DNA from: Octopus sinensis
Lineage: Eukaryota
Assembly (NCBI RefSeq): GCF_006345805.1
Contig: NC_042999.1
Span: 157,914,001 to 157,978,000 of the forward strand
Direction: 5' to 3'
Length of the DNA: 64,000 nucleotides
Both the position numbers and the translations under genes were made by a program. This document shows, in pieces, positions 63,330 to 64,000 of the stretch (position 1 is its first letter; each line of letters starts with the position of its first letter). Under the pieces are notes generated by a model. That model was given only the letters and a program-made list of their open reading frames with translations, did not search any database and was not told the DNA's origin.

Positions 63330-64000
63330 AAACATCTGAGTATAAATGCATAGCAAAATTATGGAACACATTGCCGAAAGGAGGAGGCTGATCCCGTTAT
63401 TGGAAGAAAATATTTTGCTCACAAATACACAACATGGCTTCCGTCCAGGGAAGAGCCGCCTCACACACCTATTACAGGATTATGACTGGGCATTGAAACA
63501 ACAACTCAGCCACTCAACTGTGGACGCAACATATCTCAACTTTGCCAAGGCTTTTGACAAAGGTGGCCATGGGATGATCTTGATATCGCTGGAAAACCAG
63601 GAAAGTGGCTGCATGACTTCGTAAAAAGCAGAAGTCAGATAATTGCAGCGAATAATGCTATCTCAGGGGAGGCATCAATTCTAAGCGGAGCCCTTCAAGG
63701 AAATGTACTGGGACCACTAATGTTCGTGGTGACTCTCTCAGAGATACCCTCGACCATAAAGTCAATCACTCTTACCAGCTATGCTGATGACACAAAAGTA
63801 TTAAAGGCGGTCAAGGATCGTGATGCCATACTAAAACTGCAAAAAGACCCAAATGCAATATAAAAATGGGTTGATGAAAATAACATGCACTTCAATGCTG
63901 AGCAGTTTCAAGCTTTGTACCATTGGTTCACAGACTACATAGGAACAATGAGTAGTGCAATCCCAGAGTCAGAGTTGGTGCGTGATCTAGGAATTCATAT
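63330..64000 (+). pseudogene. CR1/Jockey-type LINE reverse transcriptase relic
   Basis: SKIMEHI, QHGFRPGKS, YLNFAKAFDK, LQGNVLGPLMF, YADDTK, KW..NNMHFN; frameshifts and stops. Confidence 0.85.

Overview
AT-rich, repeat-saturated eukaryotic DNA, most likely an Octopus/coleoid cephalopod intergenic or deep-intronic region (inferred from the SINE families and microsatellite load). I found no convincing host protein-coding exon, and there is one 100-N scaffold gap (14159-14258). The window holds three tRNA-derived SINE families, non-autonomous Helitrons, Tc1/mariner/maT/pogo/hAT DNA-transposon relics and decayed retroelements: a pile of (TAA)n-targeted R4/Dong-like RLE LINEs at 15-24 kb, plus HERO-like, RTE, CR1-like, L1/Tx1-like, Gypsy-like and Penelope-like pieces. 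The main observation is a ~744-bp non-coding unit repeated ~3.1 times (53503-55788). Each full copy carries a complete hammerhead-ribozyme core with perfect stems I and III, but the three strands lie in a non-circularly permuted order, suggesting a retrozyme/Penelope-like element with a rearranged ribozyme. A decayed motif with the same topology sits in the 3' UTR of an unrelated HERO-like LINE (11278-11341). Several Penelope-type terminal repeats carry minimal hammerheads with variant cores, often at the apex of fold-back palindromes. All folds and translations were done by eye and none is experimentally or computationally verified.
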